DNA of 32,000 nucleotides from assembly GCA_036555455.1 (NCBI GenBank), contig DATBLI010000055.1, forward strand, positions 2,580-34,579. Direction: 5' to 3'. This DNA comes from Thermoplasmata archaeon. GTDB lineage: Archaea; Thermoplasmatota; Thermoplasmata; RBG-16-68-12. This document shows positions 15,291-27,137 of this stretch, one piece after another. Within the stretch, counting starts at the first letter, position 1. The number at the start of each line of letters is the position of its first letter. The notes below the pieces were generated by a model. That model was not told where the DNA came from. It did no database searches and saw nothing but the letters and a program-made list of their open reading frames with translations. Position numbers and translations under genes: made by a program.

Positions 15291-15575
15291 GTGGACCTCC
15301 GTGCCCTCGTCGAGAAGGACGTCGCCCTCACGGAGAAGGCGTTGGCAAAAGTGAAGATCGCTCCACCTCCGCGGTCCCATCTGCGCAAGATTGCCGAGGA
15401 CTTCCTGTCAATGACCCGTGCCTACTGCGAAGACGCGAAGCACTTTCGTGACAAGGGCGAACTCGAGAAGGCGCTCGCCGACATCAACTACGCCCATGGG
15501 TGGCTCGACGCAGGCGCGCGCATGGGCCTCTTCGATGTTCAGGGAGACGATCAGCTCTTCACGCTGAGCGAGTGA
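15291..15575 (+). CDS. DUF357-family archaeal protein
   Basis: ...YCEDAKHFRDKGELEKALADINYAHGWLDAGARMGLF... matches the conserved YAHGWLDAG core of DUF357/COG1849 as I recall it. GTG start. Confidence 0.65.
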   Translation: MDLRALVEKDVALTEKALAKVKIAPPPRSHLRKIAEDFLSMTRAYCEDAKHFRDKGELEKALADINYAHGWLDAGARMGLFDVQGDDQLFTLSE

Positions 15576-15576
15576 C

Positions 15577-16449
15577 TCAGATCACCCGCGCGCCGTCGTT
15601 GTCGACCTCGCACCGCGAGATTGTCCCGAATTTCAAGAAGAGGCTCACGAGTTCCTGTCGGGTGCCGTCCGCGAAGATGGAATTGCCGAGCATGGCCATC
15701 GAAGCCCGGCCGAACATTCGGCTCCCGCGAACGACCTCGAGGATCGTCTTGCTCGCGAGGCCCGTGTCCTCCGCGAAGCGGTTCCCGAGGTCAAAGAGCC
15801 TCTCGAAGGTTGGATTCGAAGCGAACTGCTCGACGCAGTCCCCGCCGACTCGGTTGATCGCAGCAACCCTCGTCGGATCACGGATCACCGACCTCGTGGG
15901 AATCTCCGGGCCGACGGTCGCGAGAAGCAGCGGCTTCCGCACCTTGAATGTCCGGACCTCCGCGAAGCCGGGCGCGCCGGGCCGGAGCCGCAGGTCCATC
16001 CCGCCCATCGAGGCCGGGACGACGTCCCCGAGGCCCGTTCCGCACTCTACGTCCGTCTCGTGGGCGAGGGCCACGAGCTCCTCCCGTTTCATGCCAAGTC
16101 CAAGGGCATCGTCGAGGGCCAGGACCGTGCTCAGGGCCGCCGCGGAGCTCACCCCGAAGCCTTGGGACACGGGCAGAGGGGATTCGCTGAGGATTTTCAC
16201 TTCATAGGGTCGGTCCTGCAGGACCTTCACGGCGGCGCGCTCCGTGACTTCGGCGCGCCTCCGCTTCTCGTTCACGAAGATCTCCATCGAGGGCATCGAA
16301 GCATCCCGGACACGGGCGGTCGTCTTCACGCCCAGGGTGAGGGACAGTCCCGCCCCCCGGGATCCCTTCTTCCGCGGATTCGCGTCCTCACAGACTTCGA
16401 AGAAAGCGGTGACGTGCCCGGGGCAGAACGCCTCACCCTGAGACACCAT
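15577..16449 (-). CDS. GHMP-family kinase, probable archaeal pantoate kinase (CoA biosynthesis)
   Basis: FCPGHVTAFFEV at the N-terminus, and the GHMP motif PVSQGFGVSSAAAL. Overlaps and follows coaBC in the same operon, the typical archaeal CoA context (COG1829). Confidence 0.7.
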   Translation of the reverse strand: MVSQGEAFCPGHVTAFFEVCEDANPRKKGSRGAGLSLTLGVKTTARVRDASMPSMEIFVNEKRRRAEVTERAAVKVLQDRPYEVKILSESPLPVSQGFGVSSAAALSTVLALDDALGLGMKREELVALAHETDVECGTGLGDVVPASMGGMDLRLRPGAPGFAEVRTFKVRKPLLLATVGPEIPTRSVIRDPTRVAAINRVGGDCVEQFASNPTFERLFDLGNRFAEDTGLASKTILEVVRGSRMFGRASMAMLGNSIFADGTRQELVSLFLKFGTISRCEVDNDGARVI

Positions 16450-17635
16450 GGAGGACGGCCCTCCAGATCCGCTCCGCCGCGAGGCCCTTGGAGCCCTCGA
16501 ATGCCTCCGAGCGCCCCTTGCGGTCGAAGATCGTGATCGAGGTCGCGTCTCCCTTCATCTTCAATACGTCGTTCGCGACCACGAGGTCCAGCTTCGCCTC
16601 CTTCAAGAGGGCGATCGACTTCGACTTGAGTTCGGCGTTGCTCACGCCGGCCTCGGCCTTGAACCCGACGAGAGCCTTCCGGGTGCCTTTCCGGAGCGTG
16701 GAGAGGACTTTCGGCGTCGGCTGGAGTTCGAGCGTGACAGCTCCCTCCCGCGTGGGGATCTTCCCCTTCGCCTTCTTCGGGGAGAAGTCCGCGACCGCGG
16801 CGGGGACGAGCGTGATGTCCGCGTCCGCCGTCTCGGCGAGAGCCGCGAGGTCCGCGGTGGTGGCGAAGCGCTTCCCGGGAATCCAGGGGGGCGCAGGCAC
16901 CTCGTGCCGCCCGAGCCACATCTCCACGTCGGCCCCGTGCTCGAAGGCGGCCTTCGCGAGTTCGACGCCTGTGGCCCCCGAGGATCGGTTCGTCACGAGG
17001 CGGACGTCATCGATGGGTTCCGTCGTGGCGCCGAGGACCACGAGGACCTTCGTCCCCGCGAGGTCTTTCGGCCCAAGGCGGCGAATCACTCGCGCGACGA
17101 TCGCGTCGATGTCCGCCATCTTCGCCTTGTCCTCCTCCCGCTTCGGCTCGACGACCTCCACACCGAGGTCCAAGAGCCGCTTCAGGTTCGCGACAACGGG
17201 CCGGCTGTCCGCCATCGTCTCGTGGGCTGCGGGGGCGAGGATGATTGGGATGCCGGAGCCGAGGGCGTTCGCCGCGTACGTAGTCACGGTCGTATCGTCG
17301 ATTCCATTCGCGATCTTGCTGAGGGTGTTCGACGTGCACGGCGCGATGAGCAGGAGGTCCGCGATGCCATCGCGGCCACACATCTTCAGGTAGTCCATCT
17401 CCCCCGTGAGCTCCGTGACGACGGCGTGGCCCGTGGCGAACTGGAGGGCGTTCGGGTGGACGATTGCTTGCCCGGATTTCGACAGGACCGCATGGACGTC
17501 GGCTCCATGACGGATGAGGTCGTGGGCGAGCTTGATCGATTCCACGGCGGCGATGCTCCCCGTTACCCCGAGGACGATCGTCTTTCCCTGGAGCTTCAGG
17601 CTCTTGCGGCCACGGATTCGCTCCGCCGGGTGCAT
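16433..17635 (-). CDS. coaBC: Bifunctional phosphopantothenoylcysteine decarboxylase / phosphopantothenate-cysteine ligase
   Basis: Flavoprotein half: GVTGSIAA...APCTSNTL.KIANGI.D. Ligase half: T.EPID.VR..TN.SSG..G..LA. 17-nt overlap with the downstream kinase gene. Confidence 0.9.
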   Translation of the reverse strand: MHPAERIRGRKSLKLQGKTIVLGVTGSIAAVESIKLAHDLIRHGADVHAVLSKSGQAIVHPNALQFATGHAVVTELTGEMDYLKMCGRDGIADLLLIAPCTSNTLSKIANGIDDTTVTTYAANALGSGIPIILAPAAHETMADSRPVVANLKRLLDLGVEVVEPKREEDKAKMADIDAIVARVIRRLGPKDLAGTKVLVVLGATTEPIDDVRLVTNRSSGATGVELAKAAFEHGADVEMWLGRHEVPAPPWIPGKRFATTADLAALAETADADITLVPAAVADFSPKKAKGKIPTREGAVTLELQPTPKVLSTLRKGTRKALVGFKAEAGVSNAELKSKSIALLKEAKLDLVVANDVLKMKGDATSITIFDRKGRSEAFEGSKGLAAERIWRAVLHGVSG

Positions 17636-17658
17636 CGAGTCCGCCGATTCGTCCCGCT

Positions 17659-17674
17659 CGATATATAGATATGG
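17659..17674 (-). promoter_or_regulatory. TATA box (minus strand CCATATCTATATATCG) about 31 nt upstream of the coaBC ATG
   Basis: Clear TATATA tract at leaderless spacing. Confidence 0.55.
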
Positions 17675-17825
17675 TGCTGGGTCTCGCGGGGACCTTTAAG
17701 GGGCTCCGAGACCCGGCGGCGCACTTCACGTCCTCATGACCGGCGAGATGTTCGCCTGCCGCGTCTTCGCGCCGCGAATTGCCTCGATCCATCCTTCGGC
17801 GGTGGCAGGATCGACCGCGGGCTGC

Positions 17826-17840
17826 CAACCTTTAACCGAA
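17826..17840 (+). promoter_or_regulatory. TATA-like element (CAACCTTTAACCGAA) about 34 nt upstream of the folC ATG
   Basis: TTTAA core, as in other promoters of this window. Confidence 0.35.
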
Positions 17841-17866
17841 CGCCCTCGTTCCCTTCCGGCGCATCC

Positions 17867-19153
17867 ATGGACTACGAGGGGACCCTCGATCAACTGTACC
17901 GCCTCGAGCGGATTGGGATCAAGCTTGGGCTCGATAACATCCGGAAGCTCCTGGCCCTCCTCGGGGACCCCCAGCGGGAGCTGAGGGCCGTCCACGTTAC
18001 GGGGACGAACGGGAAAGGGTCCGTCTGCGCCTACACAGCCTCCGTCCTGCGGAAGGCGGGGTACCGCGTGGGCCTGTACACGTCGCCCCATCTCGTCCGC
18101 TTCAACGAACGGATTCGGGTGGACGGGGCGCCCATCCCGGACGACGCCGTCCTCCGACTGTGGTCCGGAATGCAGCCTGCGATCGCGGCGATGGTCGCGG
18201 ACCGCTCCATCTACCGGCCGACCTTCTTTGAGGTGACCACGGCGATGGCCTTCGAGTACTTCGCGGAGCGCACGGTCGACGTTGCGGTCGTCGAGGTGGG
18301 CATGGGCGGCCGCATGGACGCGACGAACATCATCGACGGGCGCGTTTCCGTCGTCACGCGTGTGGGCCTCGAGCACACGGAGCACCTTGGGCGGACCGTG
18401 GATCGGATCGCCCGGGAGAAATCCGGGATCATCAAGGCCATCTCGCGGGCGGTGACCGTGGAACAGGAGGCCCTCCCTGTGATCGAGGAGCGATGCCGCG
18501 ATGTCCACGCGCCCCTGACGGTCGTCGGCCGCGACATCCATGTCGAGCGGCGATCCGGCGATCTCGGAGGTCAGCATGTCCGCGTGGAAAGCGAAGCCGG
18601 GCGGCTCGACGTGCACACGCCTCTTCTGGGCTCCTTCCAGGTCGAGAACGTCGGCCTGGCGGTGGCGGCCTGCTGGGAACTGCGGAAGGCGGGAATCGCG
18701 GTGCCGGACGGGGCCATCGTGGACGGCATCAGCGAGACTCGGTGGCCGGCGCGATTCCAGGTCCTGCGACAGCACCCTGTCGTCCTCGTCGACGGGGCCC
18801 ACAACGGCCCCGCGGCGGAGGCTGTGTGGTCTGCCTACCGAGAGGTCTTCGCGGACCGCAAGTGCCTCCTGGTGACAGGGATTCTCAGCGACAAGGACCT
18901 ACGGCGGATGGCCTCCGCCCTCGGCCCCCTCGCCGCTCGTGTCTTCGCCTGTCGACCGAAGAGCCACCGGGCCTACACGCCCGAGGAAGTCGCCTCCGCG
19001 TTCCGAGTCCACGCCCCGGTCGCCATCGCCCCCTCCGTGGCCTCCGCCGTGGACGCGGCCCTCGCAGCCGCTACCGCGGACGACGTCATCCTCATCACCG
19101 GATCCATCTACACTGCGGGGGAGGCCCTTGAGCACCTCGGCGCGCACCCGTAA
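17867..19153 (+). CDS. folC: Folylpolyglutamate synthase / dihydrofolate synthase (Mur-ligase family)
   Basis: LERIGIKLGLDNI..LL..LG.P......VHVTGTNGKGS (P-loop), YTSPHL..FNERI, VEVGMGGR.DATN, ..LVDGAHN. Confidence 0.88.
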   Translation: MDYEGTLDQLYRLERIGIKLGLDNIRKLLALLGDPQRELRAVHVTGTNGKGSVCAYTASVLRKAGYRVGLYTSPHLVRFNERIRVDGAPIPDDAVLRLWSGMQPAIAAMVADRSIYRPTFFEVTTAMAFEYFAERTVDVAVVEVGMGGRMDATNIIDGRVSVVTRVGLEHTEHLGRTVDRIAREKSGIIKAISRAVTVEQEALPVIEERCRDVHAPLTVVGRDIHVERRSGDLGGQHVRVESEAGRLDVHTPLLGSFQVENVGLAVAACWELRKAGIAVPDGAIVDGISETRWPARFQVLRQHPVVLVDGAHNGPAAEAVWSAYREVFADRKCLLVTGILSDKDLRRMASALGPLAARVFACRPKSHRAYTPEEVASAFRVHAPVAIAPSVASAVDAALAAATADDVILITGSIYTAGEALEHLGAHP

Positions 19154-19169
19154 GCGCATCGAGTCCATC

Positions 19170-19853
19170 ATGCGGGACTTGTCGAAGCGGTACCTCCCGG
19201 AGGGGGACCTCCGCGGAGGCGAGACCGCCCTCGCGAAGATCACGGCGGAGACGGAAGACCCGTTCCAGGTCCTCATCTCCACGATCCTCTCCCAGCGCAC
19301 GCGGGACGAGATGACAGAGAAGGCCTCGCACCAGCTCTTTGCGGCGCACGACACGGCCCAGGCGATCGCAGCAGCCCCCGTGGCCGAGCTGGAGCGGCTC
19401 ATCCGGCCCGTGGGCTTCTACCGCCAGAAGGCCCTCCAGATACGGAGGGTGAGCCAGGTCCTCCTCGACCGCTACCGGGGTGAGGTGCCGAGGTCCTATG
19501 ATCGGCTCCTCGAACTCCCCCAGGTGGGCCCCAAGACCGCGAACTGCGTCCTCGTCTACGGCTTCGGGGACCCGCGGATTCCCGTGGACACCCATGTGCA
19601 CCGCGTGTCCAACCGCCTCGGCCTCGTGACCGCGAAGACGCCGGAGGCGACGGAACGGGCCCTCATGCGCACCGTGCCGAAGGAGTGGTGGCTCCACGTG
19701 AACGAGCTCTTCATCCGCTTTGGCAAGGACCTCTGCAAGCCCATTGGACCGCGGTGCGACCGCTGTTCCTTCACCCCGTTCTGCCGCCACTACCGAACGG
19801 TCGTCGTGGAACAGGCTCGGGCGCGGGCCCGGCCACGAACCCATGGGCGATGA
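19170..19853 (+). CDS. nth: Endonuclease III (DNA glycosylase/AP lyase)
   Basis: PFQVLISTILSQRTRD, the HhH-GPD loop LPQVGPKTANCVL, VDTHVHRV, and the 4Fe-4S ligand pattern CKPIGPRCDRCSFTPFC. An alternative TTG start at 19128 would add the typical basic N-terminus (..RKRIESI..) and overlap folC. Confidence 0.88.
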   Translation: MRDLSKRYLPEGDLRGGETALAKITAETEDPFQVLISTILSQRTRDEMTEKASHQLFAAHDTAQAIAAAPVAELERLIRPVGFYRQKALQIRRVSQVLLDRYRGEVPRSYDRLLELPQVGPKTANCVLVYGFGDPRIPVDTHVHRVSNRLGLVTAKTPEATERALMRTVPKEWWLHVNELFIRFGKDLCKPIGPRCDRCSFTPFCRHYRTVVVEQARARARPRTHGR

Positions 19854-20959
19854 GCTATCTTGATATCGCTCCCCGGCTCTGGGGGCGGGAGATGCGGATC
19901 GACCTCATCGAGTATGTGCCGGCATCGATCCCCCGCAAGGAACGCTTCACAATCGCCCGCGGGTCCTCCGACGTCGCGGAGAACCTCTTCGTGAGCATTC
20001 ACTCCGGTGGACTCGCCGGCACGGGGTGCGGGGCACCGAGCGAGGTGACGAAGGAGACCCTCACGACGATGCAGAGTGCGGTGAAGACCCTCGCGGCGGG
20101 CCTCGAGGGCTACGACTTCCGCAACCCGCGGGAGGCAACGGACCGGATGGACACCGTCCTCCCGGGGAATCCCGCAGCGAAAGCCGCGATTGACATCGCG
20201 ATGCACGATCTCGCAGCCCAGGTTGCGGGTCAGCCTCTGTACGCGTACCTCGGAGGGACGCGGGACCGCATGGCCACAGACATGACGATTGGGATCATGG
20301 GCATCGCGGATGCGGTGGAACGCGCCCATCGATGGACGGGCCAGGGCTTCCGATCCCTTAAGATCAAGGTGGGGACGGATCCCCGCGCGGACCTCGAACG
20401 TCTGCGGGCGATTCGCGGGGCCGTCGGTCCGGGGGTCGAGCTGCGCGTGGATGGGAACCAGGGCTACACGTGGACCCAGGCCCTTCACTTCGCCCGCGCC
20501 GCTCGAGACCTGAACGTGGCCTTGTTCGAGCAACCCGTTTCCGCGACGGACTACGAGGGCATGCGCACCCTACGGGAATCCTCCCCGATTCCCATCATGG
20601 CGGACGAGATGGTTCTCACGCCGGATGACGTGAAAAAGCTCCGCTGGAGCAACGCGGCCCACGCAGTGAACCTGAAGCTCATGAAGCACGGAGGGATCGC
20701 CCGGGCCATCGATGTGAACACGATATGCGAGACCGCGGGCTATCCGACGATGGTGGGCTGCATGGGCGAGCCGCAGCTCTCCATCGCCGCGGGACTCCAT
20801 TTCGCCTTGGCCCAGAAGAACGTTCGGTGGCTGGACCTCGACAGCCACTTCAATCTCGCGAGGGACCCGACGTCCGGCTTGGTGTTCGAACACGGCGAGC
20901 TCGTCGCGCCGAAGAAACCCGGAATCGGGATCGACGTCGACTTCTCCGAGATGGACTAG
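19850..20959 (+). CDS. Enolase-superfamily enzyme (MLE subgroup; dipeptide-epimerase / OSBS-like)
   Basis: LKIKVG (KxK), RVDGNQG, FEQP, IMADE and NLKLMKHGG give the standard metal-ligand and acid/base layout of the MLE subgroup. ATG 19850 overlaps the nth stop (ATGA). The alternative start ATG 19892 (MRIDLIEY...) fits family N-termini better. Confidence 0.8.
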   Translation: MSYLDIAPRLWGREMRIDLIEYVPASIPRKERFTIARGSSDVAENLFVSIHSGGLAGTGCGAPSEVTKETLTTMQSAVKTLAAGLEGYDFRNPREATDRMDTVLPGNPAAKAAIDIAMHDLAAQVAGQPLYAYLGGTRDRMATDMTIGIMGIADAVERAHRWTGQGFRSLKIKVGTDPRADLERLRAIRGAVGPGVELRVDGNQGYTWTQALHFARAARDLNVALFEQPVSATDYEGMRTLRESSPIPIMADEMVLTPDDVKKLRWSNAAHAVNLKLMKHGGIARAIDVNTICETAGYPTMVGCMGEPQLSIAAGLHFALAQKNVRWLDLDSHFNLARDPTSGLVFEHGELVAPKKPGIGIDVDFSEMD

Positions 20960-23472
20960 CCCTCGGACGGGGACTCGTCCGGCGGTGCGCCAGGCGTCTC
21001 CCCGATGGCCTTCGCTTCCTCCTCGCTCGTCACCAGGCGCACGATCGCGGTGACCTTGTCCCCCTCCGCGAGTTTCTGGATGCGGACGCCCTTCGCGGCA
21101 CGGCCGGTCTCGCGGACGTCCTTCACGGGACAGCGGATGATGATGCCGCGTTCCGTGGTCACGAGGAGCTCGTCGTCCGGCTCGACCTCAAGGACCATGA
21201 CGACAGGGCTCTGGGCGACCTTCATGTTCGTCGTGACGACACCTTGGCTCCCGCGGCGCGTCTTCCGGTATTCGCCGACTTTCGTTCGCTTCCCGAACCC
21301 GCTCCGGAGCATTGTGAGGAGTTCCGTTTCCACGCTCCGCGCGAGGGCCATGGAGACCACGGCGTCTCCTGATCGAAGCCGCATGCCGCGGACGCCCGCC
21401 GCGGACCGGCCCATGACCCGCACCTCCTTCAGCGCGAAGCGGTTCGCGTACCCCTTCGCGGAGGCGAGGATCACCTCCTCGTCTCCGTCTGCCAAACGCG
21501 CCTCCACGAGCTCGTCGCCATCCCGGAGGGCGATGGCGCGGATTCCGCGGATGTTCGGCCGCTTGAACGCGTCGAGGCGGGTCTGCTTGATCACGCCGAG
21601 CTTCGTCGCGAAGACGATCGTCCTAAGTGGATCGAACTCCCGCACCGGGATCATGTCCTGGATCTTCTCGCCGGGGTCGAGGCGCGGCAAGAGGTTCACG
21701 ATGGGCTTCCCTTTCGAATAGCGGCTCCCGACGGGAATCTTGTACGTCTTGAGCCAGTAGCACTGACCCTCGCTCGAGACGAACAGGATGTAGTCGTGGG
21801 TCGAGGCGATGAACAGGTTGACGACGTAGTCCTCCTCCTTCGTCTCCATCCCCGTGACGCCCTTGCCGCCCCGGCGCTGCGTGCGGTACGTCTGGACGGG
21901 GATTCGCTTGATGTAGCCGGTGTTCGTGATCGTGACGACGACATCCTCCTCGGGGATCAGGTCCTCAACCTCCATGTCGTAGGCCTGGACCTCCACGGTC
22001 GTCCGGCGCCCGTCGCCGAACTTCTCCTTCATCCCCCGCAGCTCGTCCTTGATGATTCCCAGGATTCGCTCCTGGGAAGCGAGGATCGCTTCCAGCTCGT
22101 CGATCCGGTTCGCCAGGTCTCGTTGCTCCTCCCGCAGCTTCTCGATTTCCAATCCCGTGAGCTGCCGCAATGTCATCGAAAGGATCGCGTTCGCCTGGGC
22201 CTCGCTCAGCAGGTAGCGGCTCATGAGCCCGCTCCGGGCCTCCTCGACCGTCTGGGAGTGACGGATGAGCCGGATCACCTCATCGAGGTGGTCCACCGCG
22301 GTGATCAGGCCCTCGACGATGTGCATGCGCTCCCGGGCCTTCCTCAGGTCGAACTCCGTCCGCCTCCGGACGACCTGGATGCGGTGATCGATGTAGCACT
22401 GCAGTTCCTCCTTGAGGGAGAGATACCGCGGTTTGCCGTCCACAATGGCGAGGTTGATCACCCCGAAGGTTTGCTCCATCTGTGTATGGTGGTAGAGCTG
22501 GTTCAGGACGACGTCCTCAACCGCGTCGCGCTTGAGCTCGAGGACGATCCGCATGCCCTCCCGGTCGCTCTCGTCCCGCAGGTCCGTGACACCGTCGATT
22601 TTCTTTGACTTCACGAGGAGCGCGATGGACTCCACAAGGGCCGCCTTGTTGACCATGTAGGGGATTTCCGTGATCACGATGCGCGCTTTGTCGTGCCCCG
22701 CCTCTTCGAAGTGCGCCCTCGCTCGGATGCGGAGGAGTCCCCGACCCGTCGTGTAGGCCTCCACGAGCCCATCGACGCCGTAGAGGATTCCGCCGGTGGG
22801 GAAGTCCGGTCCCCGGACCGGCCCGGTCTCCGGGTTGTAGAGATCCCTCAGCTCCGCGTTCGGGCGGTCGATGAGGATCGTCAGGGCGTCCACGACCTCG
22901 CTCAGGTTGTGGGGCGGGATGTTCGTCGCCATGCCGACCGCGATCCCGCTCGAGCCGTTCACGAGGAGGTTCGGGAACATCCCTGGGAGCACGGTGGGCT
23001 CCTTGAGGGTGCCGTCGAAGTTGTCCATCCAGTCGACGGTCTCCTTCTCGATGTCCTGAAGCATGGCCTCCGCGGTCTTCGCGAGGCGGCATTCCGTGTA
23101 CCGCATCGCCGCGGGCTCGTCCTCCGTGCTCCCCCAGTTCCCCTGGCCGTCAACGAGGGGGTAGCGAAGGGAGAAGTCCTGGACCATCCGCGCGAGGGCA
23201 TCGTAGACCGCGATGTCCCCGTGGGGATGGAATTTCCCCAGGATCTCTCCGACGACTCGGGCGGACTTCTTGGGCTGGGATCCCGAACTCATCCCGAGTT
23301 CGTTCATCCCATGGAGGATTCGACGCTGGACCGGCTTCAGTCCGTCCCGCACGTCCGGGAGGGCCCGGCCGACGATCACGGACATCGCGTAATCGATGTA
23401 CGAGCGGGACATCTCGTCCTCGATGGTCTGGGGGACCACGCGCCGCTGCGGCTCCTGCGCTTCCTCCGGCAT
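20956..23472 (-). CDS. gyrA: DNA gyrase subunit A
   Basis: [44 protein letters not shown] (catalytic Tyr region), and C-terminal beta-pinwheel repeats. GGGGG Shine-Dalgarno-like sequence in the 8-nt gap after gyrB. Confidence 0.97.
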   Translation of the reverse strand: MPEEAQEPQRRVVPQTIEDEMSRSYIDYAMSVIVGRALPDVRDGLKPVQRRILHGMNELGMSSGSQPKKSARVVGEILGKFHPHGDIAVYDALARMVQDFSLRYPLVDGQGNWGSTEDEPAAMRYTECRLAKTAEAMLQDIEKETVDWMDNFDGTLKEPTVLPGMFPNLLVNGSSGIAVGMATNIPPHNLSEVVDALTILIDRPNAELRDLYNPETGPVRGPDFPTGGILYGVDGLVEAYTTGRGLLRIRARAHFEEAGHDKARIVITEIPYMVNKAALVESIALLVKSKKIDGVTDLRDESDREGMRIVLELKRDAVEDVVLNQLYHHTQMEQTFGVINLAIVDGKPRYLSLKEELQCYIDHRIQVVRRRTEFDLRKARERMHIVEGLITAVDHLDEVIRLIRHSQTVEEARSGLMSRYLLSEAQANAILSMTLRQLTGLEIEKLREEQRDLANRIDELEAILASQERILGIIKDELRGMKEKFGDGRRTTVEVQAYDMEVEDLIPEEDVVVTITNTGYIKRIPVQTYRTQRRGGKGVTGMETKEEDYVVNLFIASTHDYILFVSSEGQCYWLKTYKIPVGSRYSKGKPIVNLLPRLDPGEKIQDMIPVREFDPLRTIVFATKLGVIKQTRLDAFKRPNIRGIRAIALRDGDELVEARLADGDEEVILASAKGYANRFALKEVRVMGRSAAGVRGMRLRSGDAVVSMALARSVETELLTMLRSGFGKRTKVGEYRKTRRGSQGVVTTNMKVAQSPVVMVLEVEPDDELLVTTERGIIIRCPVKDVRETGRAAKGVRIQKLAEGDKVTAIVRLVTSEEEAKAIGETPGAPPDESPSEG

Positions 23473-23480
23473 CGTCCCCC

Positions 23481-25400
<1,920 letters not shown>

Positions 25401-25477
25401 CTACTTCGCAACCTTCTCAGACGTGCTCCTAGTGGACCTCTGAACCCCATCCCTCGGGACGTCCGCAGTATGCCTCG

Positions 25478-25496
25478 GGCATTTATAAACGTTCCC
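25478..25496 (-). promoter_or_regulatory. BRE/TATA (minus strand GGAACGTTTATAAATGC) about 86 nt upstream of the gyrB ATG
   Basis: Matches the window consensus AACGTTTA in minus orientation. Implies a roughly 60-nt 5' leader, unlike most genes here. Confidence 0.5.
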
Positions 25497-25645
25497 AGGC
25501 AGTTTCTATGGAGAAAAACGAGGTTTTCGAAGGGAGCCATTCGAGGGCCGATTACTTAAATACTGTAGCACGGCCCGAGGAGCCCGGTTGTTCTCAAATT
25601 AGAGACCACTCTCGAAGGGCCCCTCGACGGGCCATTCCCCGGGCC

Positions 25646-27055
25646 TCACTTTCGCTTCCACCGCACCCCGTCGCGGGTGTCCTCGAGGACGATGCCGAGG
25701 GCCGCGAGGTCCTCGCGGATGCGGTCCGCGGTCGTGAAGTCCTTGCGTTTCCGCGCGTCCTCGCGGAGGGCGATCACGAGGTCCATCACGTCTTCCGCGA
25801 GGCCTGCCTCCACGGACGGTCCGGCGAAGAGGCCGAGGACCTTGCCGAAGGTTTCGAAGGCTTGCACGGCCTCGTCCAACGCGGCTTTTCCCGCGCCCGT
25901 TTCGACGGCCCGGTTCGCCTCGCGTGCGAACTCGAAAACGATTGCGAGGGCTCCCCGCGTGTTGAAGTCGTCGGACATCGCCGCATCGAACGCCTCGAGG
26001 GCCCGTGCGGTCGCGGTCCTCAGGCTCGCATCCGCTCTTCCCGTGGGGTGCGCCCGTCGTCGCTCCGCCTCGAGAGTCCGCACGGTCTCGCGGAGCCGGT
26101 CGTACGACCGTCCGGCCTCGTCCATCGCCTCCGACGTGAAATCGGCCGGAGAGCGATAGTGGGCGTTGAGGAAGAAGAACCGGAGGACTTCGGGCTCCCA
26201 GCGACTCAGGGCGTCCGAGACGGTCCAGAAGTTGCCGAGGGACTTGTGCATCTCCTCCCCCTTCACCATGAGCATGCCGCCGTGGAGCCAATACTTCACG
26301 AACGGCTTCGTCCCCGTGAAGGCCTCCGCCTGCGCGACCTCTGCCTCATGATGCGGAAAGGCGAGCTCGACGCCGCCGCCGTGGATGTCATACTGGGGGC
26401 CGAAGTGATGGATCGTGATCGCGGTGTCCTCGATGTGCCAGCCGGGGCGGCCCTTGCCCCACGGGCTGTCCCAGGTGGGCTCTCCTGGCTTCTGCGCCTT
26501 CCAGAGGGCGAAGTCGGCGGGGTCCCGTTTGTTCTCGTCTACGGCGACGCGGGCCCCCGGTCGCAGCTCCTCGACCTTCTGACCGCTGAGCTTCCCCCAG
26601 TCCGGGAACTTCGTCGTGTCGTAGTACACGCTCCCGTCCTTCGCCACGTAGGCATAGCCGCGGTCGATCAGGCCCTGGATCTGGACGAGGATCTCCGGGA
26701 TGTAGTCCGTCGCGTAGGCGTAGACGTCCACGGAGGTGCACGCGAGCTTCGCCATGACGCCGAGGTACTCGGCGAAATAGCGCTCGACGATGGCCTTCCA
26801 GTCCAGTCCCGTTTCCTGCATCTTGGTGATGATCCGGTCTTCGATGTCCGTGACGTTCTGCAGGTAGAGGACCTGATAGCCCTTGTGCCGCAGGAACCGC
26901 GCGACGACGTCGAAGGTGACGTACGTCTTCGCATGGCCTAGATGGGTCTGGTCCTGCGGGGTGAGGCCGCAGACGAACATCGACACCCGCCGACCGTGGA
27001 GCGGGACGAACTCTTCCTTCATCCGCGAGAGGGTATTGTAGACCCGGATCGGCAT
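25646..27055 (-). CDS. cysS: Cysteinyl-tRNA synthetase (class I)
   Basis: MPIRVYNTL......F.P......V.MFVCG.T.QD..HLGHA (HIGH-type), GW HIE, AFPHHE, and MHKSLGN (KMSKS-type). The 816-aa track ORF adds a 347-aa R-rich antisense extension that is not credible. Confidence 0.93.
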   Translation of the reverse strand: MPIRVYNTLSRMKEEFVPLHGRRVSMFVCGLTPQDQTHLGHAKTYVTFDVVARFLRHKGYQVLYLQNVTDIEDRIITKMQETGLDWKAIVERYFAEYLGVMAKLACTSVDVYAYATDYIPEILVQIQGLIDRGYAYVAKDGSVYYDTTKFPDWGKLSGQKVEELRPGARVAVDENKRDPADFALWKAQKPGEPTWDSPWGKGRPGWHIEDTAITIHHFGPQYDIHGGGVELAFPHHEAEVAQAEAFTGTKPFVKYWLHGGMLMVKGEEMHKSLGNFWTVSDALSRWEPEVLRFFFLNAHYRSPADFTSEAMDEAGRSYDRLRETVRTLEAERRRAHPTGRADASLRTATARALEAFDAAMSDDFNTRGALAIVFEFAREANRAVETGAGKAALDEAVQAFETFGKVLGLFAGPSVEAGLAEDVMDLVIALREDARKRKDFTTADRIREDLAALGIVLEDTRDGVRWKRK

Positions 27056-27078
27056 CGCGCGGCACCCATGAAGGGGAC

Positions 27079-27091
27079 CGCTATTAAGGTT
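27079..27091 (-). promoter_or_regulatory. TATA-like element (minus strand ACCTTAATAGCGG) about 30 nt upstream of the cysS ATG; it may also serve the divergent membrane-protein gene
   Basis: The main AT-rich tract in the 82-nt divergent spacer, apart from a smaller GCTTAAGTG box at 27119-27127 that sits too close to ATG 27138. Spacing to cysS is leaderless. Confidence 0.4.
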
Positions 27092-27137
27092 CGCGGGGAG
27101 ACGCGGTGGCGGGGCGCGCTTAAGTGCGGCGAGGGCC

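Noticed and set aside
16448-17668. 406-aa plus-strand ORF, and a 301-aa ORF at 16488-17393
   Set aside because: Antisense and out-of-frame shadows of coaBC.
17726-17866. Protein-like tail (..PATAEGWIEAIRGAKTRQANISPVMRT) of the 358-aa minus-strand ORF in the coaBC/folC spacer
   Set aside because: The only possible start (TTG) lies inside folC, third-position bias is only moderate, and the rest of the ORF is a folC antisense shadow. The evidence is insufficient to call a gene.
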